Below, in pieces: positions 22,551 to 33,628 of a DNA stretch of 64,000 nt. This stretch comes from Pelagomonas calceolata (lineage: Eukaryota). The position numbers and the translations under genes were made by a program. The notes under the pieces are model-generated. The model was not told where the DNA came from and did no database searches. It saw only the letters and a list, made by a program, of their open reading frames with translations. How positions within the stretch are numbered: position 1 is the stretch's first letter; each line of letters starts with the position of its first letter. Location: assembly GCA_918797485.1 (NCBI GenBank), contig CAKKNE010000002.1, positions 186,001 through 250,000 on the forward strand, given 5' to 3'.

Positions 22551-25500
22551 TTGCGTTATGAACCAACGTGTACATGCGATCAATCGGATGATGCCCATGA
22601 GATCAAATTGCACATGAGGAGATCGAGCCGGCGCCGCGACGCCGCCGTCGGGCGAGGCCGCCGCCGGGGCGCGTGGGCGCTGTTCGTCGCTGGTGTGGCG
22701 TACGTGTCCGTTCTTGCCTTTTTGCGCAGCGCGGCCGCGCCCGCGTCGCGCCCGCCCGCCTTTGTGCTGCCGCCGCCGGAGCCCTGGGACCCGTCGCGGC
22801 TGCGGGCACACGCGCTGGACGCCGCGCGCCGCGGGGCGGCAGCGCCGCGCGCGACGGGCGGCGCCGCCGCGCCGGACGCGGGCGATCCGCTGGCGGCGCT
22901 GCGGGCGGCGTCGCGCGAGGCGCTCGGCGCGCCGCGCGCTCGCGCGGCGCCGGGGCGCGCAAGCGACCGCGGCGCGTCGACGGTCTTCGTCGCCGGCCTG
23001 CCGCTGTCGGGATCGGACGCGGTGGCGGATCTCGTGGCGGCCGCGCGCGGCGGCAACGCGACCGCGGCGCCGACGTGGGCCGAGGCCGAGGCGCGCGCGG
23101 CGCGGCGCGCCGACGTCGTGCGCGTGCCGGGCGCGCCGCCGGCGAACGCGTCCGTCTTCGCGCGGCTCGCGGCCTCCGCCGCGCTCGCGCGGCGGTCCGC
23201 GTGCTTCGTCGTCGTGCTGCGGCACCCGCTGGCCTGGGCCGTCTCGCTGGGCCTCGCGCGGTCGACGACGTCGTCGACGGACGCGCGCACGGCCGCGCGG
23301 AGCCGCGGCTACCGGGGCCTCGTCGCGTTCGGCGACGACGTCGTGACGGCGGCGGCGTTCTGGACCGACGCGGCGGGGAGCCTGGTCAGCGAGTGTCTCG
23401 GGGGCGTCGACTGCGTCGTGGCCCACTCGGAAACACTCGTCGACGACGGCGTCGCGCGGGCGCTGCTGCGCGCGGTGCCCGGCGTCGGCGCCGCGGCGAC
23501 GCGAACCGCCGCGGCGGGCTGCGCGGCGTCCGGCGGCGCCTGCGGCTCGGGCGGGACGTCGGCGACGCTGGGGGTGCCCGGCAACGCGGCGCTGGTCCGC
23601 TGCTGGCTGCGCGGCGTCCGGTGGCACCTGCGGCTCGGGCGGTGCGAGCGCGAGCGCGCCGAGTACACGGAGGAGGAGCGCGAGCTCGCGACGAGCCGCC
23701 ACATTGACTTCTGGACCGTGAAGCGCCGCCACGAGTGCGGGTTCAACGCCTTCGGCTACTCGCTGCGGGGCTTCGAGCCGCTGCTGTCGTGCAGCAAGCT
23801 CTGCGCCGGCGGCGTCCGCGCCGCCGCCGCCGCGCCGCCGCTCGCGCTGCCCCTCGTCGCGCCGCCGCTCGCGCGGCGGTCCGCGGCGGTCGCGGTCGCG
23901 CGCGCGAACGGGTCCATGCCCGACTCGACCGCGACGGACGGCGCGACGCTCGTCGGCGACGTGATCGTGGCCTTCTTCAAGGTCTACCACGGCGCGACGT
24001 CGACGGGCGGCCGCGGCGGCATGTTCGCGCGCATGGCGCAGGTCGTCCGCGCGCTCGCCGACACCGGCCTGACGGTCCACTTCATCTGCCACTGCGAGAT
24101 GCCGCCGCCGCACCTCGTCGACCGGTCGTGGGCGCCGGCGGGCACGCGGTTCTACGCGGGCGGGCTCCAGCAGCAGCTCGACCAGATGCTTCCGTACGCC
24201 TGCGCCGGCGGCGCGCGCGGCGACGCCGCGCGCGCGCCCGTCAAGGCGCTCTTCCTCTTCGTGACGTCGCTGACGGTCGACATGCACTTCCGCGCGGCGG
24301 TCAAGCGCGCGCGGTTCTGGTGGAAGGAGCCGAAGCTCGGCGCGCTCCACAGCGAGCGCGTCGCGAGCCGCGTCCTCGCGCACTCGCCGGCGCTGCGCGT
24401 CGTGGTCCTGACGGACGACGTCCACCACGTCCGCGCGGCCGAGGCCTTCGCCGACGTGCGCCAGCCGCTGAACGTGGCCGCCATGCTCGCCTGGCTCAAG
24501 CGGCGCGAGCTGGCGCTCTACGCGTCGGCGCACGACGTCCTGACCGTGTCGCTCGAGGACGCGCGCGCGATCGAGGACGGCCTCGCGCTCGAGCCGTCGC
24601 TCGCGCGCGGCGGCGCCGAACCGCCGCGGCTGAGCTGGGCGCCCTTCGTCCGCACCGACGTCGCCGAGGACGTCGGCGCGAACGGCACGAACGCCAGCGC
24701 GGCGGCCGTCGCGGCGGCCGCCGCCGCCGCGCGCGCGGGCCGGCGCGTCGACGTCGCCGACACGCTCGCGAACAAGACGGGGCTCGTGTACGTGGGGATG
24801 CCCCACCCGCTGGCGGTTCCGGCCGTGGCGTGGCTCGTGCGCGAGGTGCTGCCGCGCGTGGCGGCGGTGCTGCGCGACGACTTCGGCCGGGACGACGCGT
24901 TCGTCGAGCGCCACGCGGTGCTCTACGTCGCGGGGGGCGGCGACCAGGCCCAGCGCTGGCGCCGCGCGACGCGCGGCGCGCCGGAGGCGTCGAAGGCGCG
25001 CGTGCGCCTCGTCGGCGCGCTCTCGGACGTGGGTCTCGCGGAGGAGCTCCTCGTGCTGCGGCGCGTCTTCGTCGCGCCGCTCTTCAACAACACGGGCATC
25101 GCCACGAAGATCGTCAACGCGATGAGCCACGGCCTCCCCGTCGTCACGACGCCCGGCGGCTGCCGCGGGCTGGGGCTGCCCGCCGACGCGTCGCGCGCGC
25201 TGCTCGTCGCCGCGGACGCCGCCGCGTTCGCGCGCCACGCGGCGCGGCTCCTCGTCGACGACGCGCTGTGGCGCGACCTCTCGCGCGGCGGGCGCCGTCA
25301 CGTCGAGGAGAACCTCTCGCGCGATGCGCTGGCGCGCGTCGTCCGCGACGCCGTCTCGCGCGCGTTCCGCGCGCCCGAGCCGGCGGTGGAGGCGGCGGCG
25401 CGGCCGGGCGTCTCGCGCGCGCCGCCCGGTCCCGTCCGCGGCGCCTCGGACGCGCCGCGGCGCGCGCGCGACGCCGCCTGCGCCGCACTCCTCGCCGACG

Positions 25501-26720
25501 GCGCCCTCGCGAACCCGAGCGTCGCGGCGCTGCCCGGCGGCCGCCGCCGGTTCGCGGCTCGGCTCGAGCGCCGCGACGGCAGTCCGGGCGGGCTGGTGGT
25601 CGGCGACGCGACCGAGGACGGCTTCGCCGCGTGCGTCGCCGTGCCGGACCCGGTCTCGGCCGCGGCGGGCTTCGAGCCGTGCCGCGGCGCGGCCGAGCGC
25701 GGCGGCGCCGACGAGCCGCGCGTGTTCGCGTGGCGCGGCGGCGCCTGGGTGCTCTTCGCCGCGCGACCCGCGTGCGTCGCCGGGGCGCGCGGCGGCTGCC
25801 CGTGGTGCGCCGACGGCGTCACGACGCTTTCGTATGTCGCGCGGCTCGACGACGCAAGAGGCGGCGGCCTCGTCGATCCGGCGCGGCCCGTCGTCGCGTA
25901 CAACGCGGGCCTCGGCGCGACGCAGCGCGCGTTCGCGCCGTTCGTCGGCGTCGACGGCGAGCTCTACCTGGCCGTGGCCGTCGAGCCGCAGTCCGTGCTG
26001 CGCGTCAACGCGACGGCGACCTTCCGCGGGCGGCCCATCGCCGCCGCGCGGCGTGTCGCCGTCGCGTCGAGCGACGAGCTCTGGGCCGACGCGCGCGCGC
26101 TCGACGGCGGCTGCCGGACGCGTCCGCCGCTCCTCGCCGCGACGCCCGCGATCCTCGTGGACCGCCGACCGCCGGCCGCGTGGCCGAGTAGCGCCGCCGT
26201 CGCCGCGCGCCCCGCCGCCTCCGCCGACGCGGCGACGGCGCGGGCGCACGCGCGCGGGGCGCTCGCCGGCCGCGTCTACTTCCTCGCCGTCGCCCGCGGC
26301 CACGTCGAGACGGGGTGCCTACGGTTCTACGAACACTACGCGTACGCTTTCCAGGCTGCGCCGCCGTTTGCGGTGCTCGCGCGGTCCGAGCGCGCGCTCC
26401 CGCTCGCCGGCCGCTCCTACGCGCCAGCGTCGCAGCCCGAGTGCCAGCCCTCCGTGGCGTGGCGCGTCCAGGCCGGCCGCGCCAAGACCGTCGCCGGCGC
26501 GGCGCGCAACGCGACGCACGTGTTTCTGTCGTACTCCGCCGGCGCCGACTGGACGTCCCGCGAGTGGGCCGCGCCGCTCGACGCCGTCGAGGAGACGCTC
26601 GTGCCCGTCGCGCCGAGCGTCGCCGAGAGGCTGACGCCATGCGCTCGAGACGACGCCTCGCCAGACTGCGCAGTTTTGTGGGCCGCCGCGGCCTCGTGCC
26701 GCGGCGGCGCCCAGTTTTAG
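22551..26720 (+). CDS. Large type II membrane multidomain protein: sulfotransferase-like + GT-B (GT4-like) + C-terminal propeller-like domain
   Basis: FVAGLPLSGS and VVLRHPLAW; FVAPLFNNTGIATKIVNAMSHGLPVVTT; DEPRVF, YEHYAYAFQAAPPFAV. Confidence 0.7.
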   Translation: MRYEPTCTCDQSDDAHEIKLHMRRSSRRRDAAVGRGRRRGAWALFVAGVAYVSVLAFLRSAAAPASRPPAFVLPPPEPWDPSRLRAHALDAARRGAAAPRATGGAAAPDAGDPLAALRAASREALGAPRARAAPGRASDRGASTVFVAGLPLSGSDAVADLVAAARGGNATAAPTWAEAEARAARRADVVRVPGAPPANASVFARLAASAALARRSACFVVVLRHPLAWAVSLGLARSTTSSTDARTAARSRGYRGLVAFGDDVVTAAAFWTDAAGSLVSECLGGVDCVVAHSETLVDDGVARALLRAVPGVGAAATRTAAAGCAASGGACGSGGTSATLGVPGNAALVRCWLRGVRWHLRLGRCERERAEYTEEERELATSRHIDFWTVKRRHECGFNAFGYSLRGFEPLLSCSKLCAGGVRAAAAAPPLALPLVAPPLARRSAAVAVARANGSMPDSTATDGATLVGDVIVAFFKVYHGATSTGGRGGMFARMAQVVRALADTGLTVHFICHCEMPPPHLVDRSWAPAGTRFYAGGLQQQLDQMLPYACAGGARGDAARAPVKALFLFVTSLTVDMHFRAAVKRARFWWKEPKLGALHSERVASRVLAHSPALRVVVLTDDVHHVRAAEAFADVRQPLNVAAMLAWLKRRELALYASAHDVLTVSLEDARAIEDGLALEPSLARGGAEPPRLSWAPFVRTDVAEDVGANGTNASAAAVAAAAAAARAGRRVDVADTLANKTGLVYVGMPHPLAVPAVAWLVREVLPRVAAVLRDDFGRDDAFVERHAVLYVAGGGDQAQRWRRATRGAPEASKARVRLVGALSDVGLAEELLVLRRVFVAPLFNNTGIATKIVNAMSHGLPVVTTPGGCRGLGLPADASRALLVAADAAAFARHAARLLVDDALWRDLSRGGRRHVEENLSRDALARVVRDAVSRAFRAPEPAVEAAARPGVSRAPPGPVRGASDAPRRARDAACAALLADGALANPSVAALPGGRRRFAARLERRDGSPGGLVVGDATEDGFAACVAVPDPVSAAAGFEPCRGAAERGGADEPRVFAWRGGAWVLFAARPACVAGARGGCPWCADGVTTLSYVARLDDARGGGLVDPARPVVAYNAGLGATQRAFAPFVGVDGELYLAVAVEPQSVLRVNATATFRGRPIAAARRVAVASSDELWADARALDGGCRTRPPLLAATPAILVDRRPPAAWPSSAAVAARPAASADAATARAHARGALAGRVYFLAVARGHVETGCLRFYEHYAYAFQAAPPFAVLARSERALPLAGRSYAPASQPECQPSVAWRVQAGRAKTVAGAARNATHVFLSYSAGADWTSREWAAPLDAVEETLVPVAPSVAERLTPCARDDASPDCAVLWAAAASCRGGAQF

Positions 26721-27031
26721 TGTTTTAGATTGATGAACGAAGCTGGCCTTGTAGAATCCGCATTTCCAGTACTAGATGTGATATTAGTCGGCAAGCCGGA
26801 CGCCGCGGATTTCTAGCTCCATGTCTCCTTTACATGTGGCCCCATGATGCCCTTGGGAGCATTGGGCCGCGGGGTAAAGACCGCTGAGCGGTCGAATTTT
26901 GGGCATTTGGCGGGCCGGCGGCGGCCGGTGTGTAATTTATTTATCATGATTCTCGGTTGGGCATCCTGACCGAGCGGGGAGAAGGATCTTAGGGGCTTTG
27001 TGTTTCCTAATTATCAGTATTACAAGTAGTA

Positions 27032-29581
27032 CTATGGTACTGAAGTAGTCTCGGGCCTGCGAGTCGGTCGGGTGATCCGCAGCGTGCTCTGGTCACCGGC
27101 GGTAAGACCAAGCTCCTTGCTCAAGCACTCCTGCTTGAAGCGGTCGATAAGTGAATAGTCCGAGTCCGGCCATCGAGCGCACTTGGGCATCGCTTTCCGC
27201 GCGGGCCGCGACGGCAGCGCGTGCGACGCGTCAATCTCGCTGCTCGCGTACCGCGTGTCGCGCGCAGGTGGTCCCAAGCGTGCAGACCCGGCCGATACGA
27301 CGCCGTCGACACGGGTGGACGCGACGGCGGACCCGCGCGAAGGGGTTCTCGAGAAGAACTGCGGGGAGCTAGGCGCGGCGACGGCGAGCTGAAGCTTGCC
27401 ACCGTTGGCCAACGCGCTCCACGGCTGGCTCTTTCGACGGAGCACGGGTGCGGCGGCAACAAGTCGCTTGCCCGATGCGGCGTTGGCATCGAGCGAGGCG
27501 CCTACCATCCGGGCCTCGACCTTTCCGGGACTCCGGTCGAGCGCCGTGAGGGCAAAGACGGACGATTCAGCCGGCGGCGTGGATTCGACGACGTCGGAAG
27601 GCGCCGAACGCCGGAGTCGGAGCGCCCGTTCCTGGACAGCGCACCACTTTTTTCGAAATAACCTGTTTGCGGCCCGCAAATGACCCATTTCGCGTTCCAA
27701 CGCCGACGCATCTTCCGGCGAGACGGTCGTGGAAGGCGCTGATCCTGCGGTTGGCTTGTTCGGCCGAGCTCGGGACCGGTGGTGCATTCGCGGCGCCTCG
27801 TCGTTGCCGGTGCCGCGGAGCACGACACGGGGCGCGTCCTCCAGTCGAGACCACGCCACCTCCGGAGGAGCGTAGGCGTTTTGCGCGACGACGGCCGCGG
27901 GCGGTGCGACGACGAAGGCGGCGACGGGCGCCGCGTCAGCCGAGAACAGCGCGACGGGCCGAGCGAGTCTTTTATCACAGGTTTCCGCCGGGACAGGTAC
28001 GGCTGCGTTAACGAGGCCGAGGCCGCAGGGATGTCCGCTCCTGTGCGCGCTGTCGTTCACGCGATGGAGCCGCGCCCGTTGCTCCGCGCGGAAGAGGAGC
28101 GTTTGTTGCTTCGCCGCGTGCACGTGGCGCCACCAGCCGCGAGGGTCCCACCAAAGCGATTTGCGATCCACAGCTGCATGGCCAAAGTATGGGTCGCCGT
28201 TGATACCGGCGAACGGCTTGAGCCGGACAACGTGCGGCGCGGCATCTACCACGACGGTGAAGGCGCTATCGAAGACCTCGACGCCTTCGCCCGGTCGCGG
28301 TTGACGCAACTTGGCGAGGTCGTCGGCCTTTTGCGGCGCCTCGTCGCGCAGCGCCGCGGGCGCTTCGTCTGGTGCCAGCGTGAGAACCTCTTGCCCGCCC
28401 CAGCTCCGCAGCGTCGCGAGACCGCCGTCAGCGTTGGCCCGCGCGTGGGTGCTCCGCGATTTTGGTCGTCCGTCGGCTTCGGCCAGCAGGCGAGCGGCCC
28501 GCGCGGCGGCTGGTTTGAGCGCTTCTAGCCCATCCGGCGCCTCCGCAGCGGGGACCGGCGGCAGAGCAGCGAGCACGCGACGGTCGTCGAGGGACTGGTT
28601 CTCGGCTTCATCGCGCAGCGCGGCGTCGCGCAGGCCGGCGTAAAGACCCTGTCGCACAAACGGAGCGAGGTTTGCGACGTCCTGGGCGGCGGCCGAACCC
28701 ACGAGCGTGCCGAGCGCGTCGACGAGAATACGCCTCTCCACGCCTTTGGTCGCCACCGAGGCCCAGAGTAAACACGCCGCGTCGACGCGCCGCGCGCCGT
28801 CGAGGGCGTTCAGTCGGTCTCGCCGCGTCGGCGGCGGCAGCGGCGGCCGCGTCGCCGCGGGACGCGTCCGAGCCCAGGCGGCGCGTAGGGCCACTTCGCA
28901 CTCGTAATCCGCCAGCGCGTGCTTGGCGCGATACACGTCTCTCCGCGCCGGCGCCGTCGGCTGCTCTGCGGCGACCAGACGGTGGTGGGCAAGGCGCGCT
29001 GGCGCCGCGGCGCCGGCGATCCAGTCTTCTCCGCCTAGGCGCGCGAGCGGCGGTGGCTCTCCCGTCGGTGTGGAACTCTCCGCGCGCGCAAGTTCAGCAG
29101 TGTTGCGCTCGTCGGCCGTCACGAGACGACCGTCGAGAACCCACGCGGCCGGCGCCGCGGCGAGCGCGGCCGCCCGGTCGGCCGCGCCCGGGTTGCCCGC
29201 GAGGTGGAGGCGTACGACCTCTACCTCGCCAATGGACGCGATGGCGTCGATGGCCACTGCGTTGCCCGACACGTCCAAGAGTCCGAGCGCGGCGAACGCG
29301 TCGAGGCCCGATCCGGCGAGCGTCTCGAGGCGATTGCGGCTCAGATCGATCCACCAGAGCGTTGCGCAGGCCGCCAGCGCGTCGCCGTCGATCGTCCGCA
29401 GACCGAGTCGCGCGAGGCTCAGGGAGACCAGGCGACGACACCGATGCAAACTGCTGTGGCCCAGCTGGCTGATGGGGGGCGATCTGACAAAATGCAGCAC
29501 CTCGACCTCGGCCGGGTCTCCCTCGACGAGGAGCGCGAGTGTCTTGTCTGTCAACTTCATGAAATCAGCTTCCCATCGCAA
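27032..29581 (-). CDS. Leucine-rich repeat protein
   Basis: LVSLSLARLGL, LWWIDLSRNRL, LLDVSGNAV, LHLAGNP and LRR cap VLDGRLVTADER. Confidence 0.75.
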   Translation of the reverse strand: MRWEADFMKLTDKTLALLVEGDPAEVEVLHFVRSPPISQLGHSSLHRCRRLVSLSLARLGLRTIDGDALAACATLWWIDLSRNRLETLAGSGLDAFAALGLLDVSGNAVAIDAIASIGEVEVVRLHLAGNPGAADRAAALAAAPAAWVLDGRLVTADERNTAELARAESSTPTGEPPPLARLGGEDWIAGAAAPARLAHHRLVAAEQPTAPARRDVYRAKHALADYECEVALRAAWARTRPAATRPPLPPPTRRDRLNALDGARRVDAACLLWASVATKGVERRILVDALGTLVGSAAAQDVANLAPFVRQGLYAGLRDAALRDEAENQSLDDRRVLAALPPVPAAEAPDGLEALKPAAARAARLLAEADGRPKSRSTHARANADGGLATLRSWGGQEVLTLAPDEAPAALRDEAPQKADDLAKLRQPRPGEGVEVFDSAFTVVVDAAPHVVRLKPFAGINGDPYFGHAAVDRKSLWWDPRGWWRHVHAAKQQTLLFRAEQRARLHRVNDSAHRSGHPCGLGLVNAAVPVPAETCDKRLARPVALFSADAAPVAAFVVAPPAAVVAQNAYAPPEVAWSRLEDAPRVVLRGTGNDEAPRMHHRSRARPNKPTAGSAPSTTVSPEDASALEREMGHLRAANRLFRKKWCAVQERALRLRRSAPSDVVESTPPAESSVFALTALDRSPGKVEARMVGASLDANAASGKRLVAAAPVLRRKSQPWSALANGGKLQLAVAAPSSPQFFSRTPSRGSAVASTRVDGVVSAGSARLGPPARDTRYASSEIDASHALPSRPARKAMPKCARWPDSDYSLIDRFKQECLSKELGLTAGDQSTLRITRPTRRPETTSVP

Positions 29582-29648
29582 TATAGTATGTATCCTGGCC
29601 CTACGGTATCTTATCCTCGTAGGCGGCTTATGAGCAGGGCTGCTGCCC

Positions 29649-30782
29649 GTGATGGGTTCAGATAGAAATGCGCTAGAGCTCCACGAGAGTTTCGGCCGAC
29701 GCGCGAACTCGGTCGCTAATGCCGACCGGGTGGAGAAGGAGGCGTGGCTGTATCAGCGGATTCTGGACTTTTCGTCTTTTACTGTGCGCGCTGGCGCGCG
29801 CCCCGCCGCCTCGCACGGCGAGGCGCGCACGACCAATGCCGCAACAGCGCCCCCCGCGGCCGCGAGCGCCTGCAAGGCCCGCTCCATCCAACGCATCGTC
29901 AGCCGACGGGAGCTTTTGCGCAGATCCCCCCGCGCGGTCGTTCGCGGAATCCCCGTGATATCATGCCAGGGCCACGATCCCGCGAGGTCGAATGCTTCGC
30001 GCGGTTCCACGAGGCTCATATCGCAGCGGTGCCAGGCGACCCAGAGGTTGTCAATCAGATGGCGGGGGCATGCTGCACAGACCGGGTCCGCAATTCCAAG
30101 GGCCCAGTTCGCCTCGTGATCTTCCCGCGATCGCATATCGAGGCGGCGCTGTTTTATAGCAATGTCAGCCGCCGCGACGTCGACATCAACTTCATGGGAC
30201 GTATCCACACCAAGCAACAGTCTGCGAACCGCGCACGGCGATGGATCCTTGATTTCGCCAAGAGAACCTTCACGAACGCGTCCCTTTTCCTGGACACGAC
30301 TGTGCAGAATCCATCAACCTACCAGCGACTAGGCGCCTACGACATCTCGGTCGTGGAGGGACATGCCGCAGGTTTCAAGCCCATGGGTGTCATGGGCGAA
30401 CAGCAGCAGAACCCCTGTGTCATGGCGAAATGTTCGACGGACTACTTCCACCGCCTCGCGCGGTCGCGGTTCACGCTTGCGCCCGCCGGCGACAAGCCAT
30501 GGTCCCAGCGTTTCTTCGAAGCCATTCATGGCGGGCTCCGTCCCGATTCTCCAGTTGCCGCAACATGCCGGGCGCAATCTCGGCGAGCAGACGCTCGGGT
30601 ACAAGTTCCTACTCGTCTCCGAGTTTGAAAATCGGCTTCGCGCGAATGAAGGCGTGGTGCCGTACTGCGGCGACTGGGCCCAAGACAACTTGGATATCTT
30701 TCTTCGCCGGCAGTCCTACATCCAGCGCCGTCAGACCATCCACGCAAACGTCGACAGGTGCCGGAGCGAGGCGTTCGATTGA
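29649..30782 (+). CDS. Exostosin (GT47)-like protein, frameshifted near 29925 and 30527 (error or pseudogene)
   Basis: RDVDINFMG, YFHRLARSRFTLAPAGDKPWSQRFFEAI then MAGSVPIL in an adjacent frame. Confidence 0.65.
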
Positions 30783-31189
30783 TCGTGGACTCCGGATGAC
30801 TTAAAATAATAATACGATTAACTTGAAATGAAATCAATACACCCCTGCCAGTGGGCAGGTTCGCCGAGTTGGACTCGGAGGGTCACGCCGTCACGGTCCA
30901 AATTCTAGGGGTTACTAGTACTCTTGCGGCGTGTTTGCGGATGCGCCGCTAGCTAGCTAACAAGCTAGCTAGTGCGATTCCGAGTCATGACCTGGAGCCA
31001 AGCTTGTACTAAGTTGGAGACTCGGGCCCGAGAGAGCCCTGGGCACTGGCACTTCAAAAGAGCGCCACTGGCAGGGCCCCGCGGCATGGAATTCCACGAT
31101 TAGTATTCTCCTGGACCGGCGAGCGCGCCTGGAGCGCGCCATAGCTACTTTTCACTTAAGGCACCACCGGACAAACCCCACCCCGCGAC

Positions 31190-31939
31190 TTAAGGGCACG
31201 TGTAGCCAAGGTTGGCGAGCACCGTCGCATTCGCACGCGCGCAGTGGCCAGCGACCTCGGGTTCGGTAAATTTCTCCGCGCGCCATCTTTTCGCGAGGTT
31301 GTAGGCGCGCGCATCGGCGAAGGACCGGGCGTGGCCGTGCTTCTTCGCGGCGCGCTTCTGCTGCGCGTGATGGGCGCCGGGAAATAGGGCGCGCAGCGTG
31401 CGGTCCGAGTCTAGTAACAAGTCCTCGTAGCGTATGAGAGCATAACGCGTCCTGGACCAAGCGAGGTACCCGCCGTAGTACGCGTTCCAGACGTCGACGA
31501 CGCCGCCGTATTTTACGTCCAGATGTTCCCGCTCGGCTTGCTCGCCGGGCCCGTGCCGCCACACCAAGCGCAGCCAACACGGAGAGTCCGGGGCCCTCGA
31601 CCCACAAGTCAGGAAATACCGCGCCTTGCGCATGCCCGTGACCCAGCTCAGCGGGTGCCGCGCTATCACGAGCGCGACTGAGGCGCCCGGCGCGGCCTGC
31701 GCCCTCGCCTCGAGCACCCAGGGGTACATGTGCTTGCGATCCTCGAGGACCGTAACTCCCCCCACCTGCTCCACGAGGCTGCGTGCGAAGTTCGTCCCGG
31801 AGTTCATAAGGCCGCGGACGCACGTCACGGACCGCGACCTGTTAGCCCAGCCGCGCGTGAGCGGCGGGCGCCAGTCGTAGAGTATCGGCGGATTCGCGGT
31901 CGCCGCCGTGGTTTGGACGAGTAGGGCGGGGATGATCAT
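31190..31939 (-). CDS. Sulfotransferase-like protein
   Basis: VRGLMNSGTN, RKH, IARHPLSW..GM, IRYEDLL. Confidence 0.7.
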   Translation of the reverse strand: MIIPALLVQTTAATANPPILYDWRPPLTRGWANRSRSVTCVRGLMNSGTNFARSLVEQVGGVTVLEDRKHMYPWVLEARAQAAPGASVALVIARHPLSWVTGMRKARYFLTCGSRAPDSPCWLRLVWRHGPGEQAEREHLDVKYGGVVDVWNAYYGGYLAWSRTRYALIRYEDLLLDSDRTLRALFPGAHHAQQKRAAKKHGHARSFADARAYNLAKRWRAEKFTEPEVAGHCARANATVLANLGYTCP

Positions 31940-32250
31940 GTCTATATGGGAGCTGCCTCCCAGCCAACCACCGTGATCACATGGGGCATCACATCCGGCT
32001 CACGAGGTCAAATTTCCTCAAGGACCAAAGGTAGACTCTTGCTCATGATTTTCAGTCGGCTGGCGGCGTCTAAGTGTGTATCAGAGTTATATTACTGATA
32101 CTGTAAAGTACCGTAGGTACCTGCGGTCACGATGCAGCATGAGCCCGCTCGGCCGGCCGCCGAAGGCACAAGCTGGCCGCTCGTGACCGCGTTTCGAGTC
32201 ATTGTATACAAATTGGAGTACTGTATCTAGCACGGGGCTGACTGTCCGCG

Positions 32251-33628
32251 ATGGTTCTGCTCTACATACGAAGGAGGCTCACGCACGCGCTGCAGACTCT
32301 AGCAAGGCATCTGGGCGCGCCGCCGGCGTCTCCCACGCCTTTGACCAGCGAGTGGATCAGCACACGCTGCGAGGGTCTTGACGCGAGCGCTGCTGTCGTC
32401 GTAGAGATCGCGCTGGACGAAGAGAGCGGCGAGAACGGGGCCGTCGCGCGCGTCGCGCTCGGCGGCGAGCGTCTGGTCGTCAAGCGCCCGCCGGCGTCGC
32501 CCGCGGCGAGGGCCGTGGCCGCGATCCAGCAGTGGTACGCGCGAGAGGCTGTGTGGAAATCAAAATTTTACGGCGCGTTCGTGCTGAATCTTCGCGTCGA
32601 CCTCCACGCCATCGACGCGACGCCTGCTCGATGGCGTGGCGATGCCGGTTCTTCACCGCTCGACCGAGCCAGGACGGCCGCGTCATCGCCGAGAAATGAC
32701 TTAGTGAAGAATTGTCGGGTGCACCCGACGCACTGGTTGATTTCCACACAGGCGAGAGGTGCACTGGTACGCGGCGCTCGCGCCGATCGCGGGCGTACGC
32801 TGCCCGCGGTGCCACTGCGCGCGCTACGACGCGCTCACCGGCGAGTACGTCCTCGTGCTCGAGGACCTGCGGGCGGCGGGCTGCCGGCCGCTCGCCGTCG
32901 CGGAGGCGACGGCGGCGGCGACGACGCTCGGCCGCCTCCACGGCCGCTTCGCGGACGTCTTCGACGACGACGCGCGCCGCGAGATTGTGCGCGGGCCCTT
33001 ACCGATCATGCCCATCACGCTGGCACTCGCCATCCCGATCGAGAAGTTCTTCAGAGACTGCTGGAAAGCGGTCCGAGGCGAGCGACGCTACGCGCTCGCG
33101 GAGCTCCTGGCGGACCGCGGCGAGGCCGCGGGCCCCGCCGCGATCGGTCTCCTCGACGCCCTCGCCGCGCCGGGCGCGTACGCGTCGATGACCGAGGCCC
33201 TGGCAGCGCCGCCCCGGACCCTGCTCCATGGCGACTTCCGGCCCGAGAACATGATGGTCGAGGACGCGACGGGCGAGGTCGTGGTCTATGACTGGCAATT
33301 CGCGTCGGTCGGCAACGGTGCGTATGACCTCGCCTACTTCTCGGCTCTGGTGGCGGACCCGGACGATCGGCGCCGCCTCGACCCGGAGCTCCGGCGGGCC
33401 TACGTGTCGGGGCTGGCCGGTAGCGGCGCGCCGGTGCCCCGCGACCTCGAGCGCGACCTTCGTTATGGGTGCCTCCTCGCGCTCGCGTCCTTCGTCATGG
33501 GTGCGGCTGTTGCCGGCGACGACGCAGCCTCGGTCGAGACGCACCGCCGGGGGCTTCGGCGCCTCGCGGCGGCGGCGCTGGACTGGGGCGCCGCGGTAAG
33601 TGACCTGTTCTGTCACTGCTATCGTTAA
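32251..33628 (+). CDS. EcKinase/APH-like phosphotransferase with an introner intron (32541-32751)
   Basis: Spliced WYAREVHWY matches YEREWHFY of the 7709-9085 paralogue; LVLEDL, HGDFRPEN, YDWQF..GNGAYDLAYF. Confidence 0.85.
32549..32751 (-). mobile_element. Introner copy 2 (203 bp, antisense to copy 3)
   Basis: Perfect 15-bp TIRs; perfect 8-bp TSD GCGAGAGG at 32541-32548 and 32752-32759. Confidence 0.95.

Noticed and set aside
22500..26303. 1267-aa antisense ORF and many other long Arg/Ala/Gly-rich overlapping ORFs
   Set aside because: Shadow frames expected at very high GC; no recognisable motifs
32251..33291. 346-aa ORF reading through the introner (…THWLISTQ…) and similar shared peptides at 7025-7498 and 40660-41147
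   Set aside because: The shared peptides are translations of the transposon; the kinase motifs lie in the frame restored by splicing
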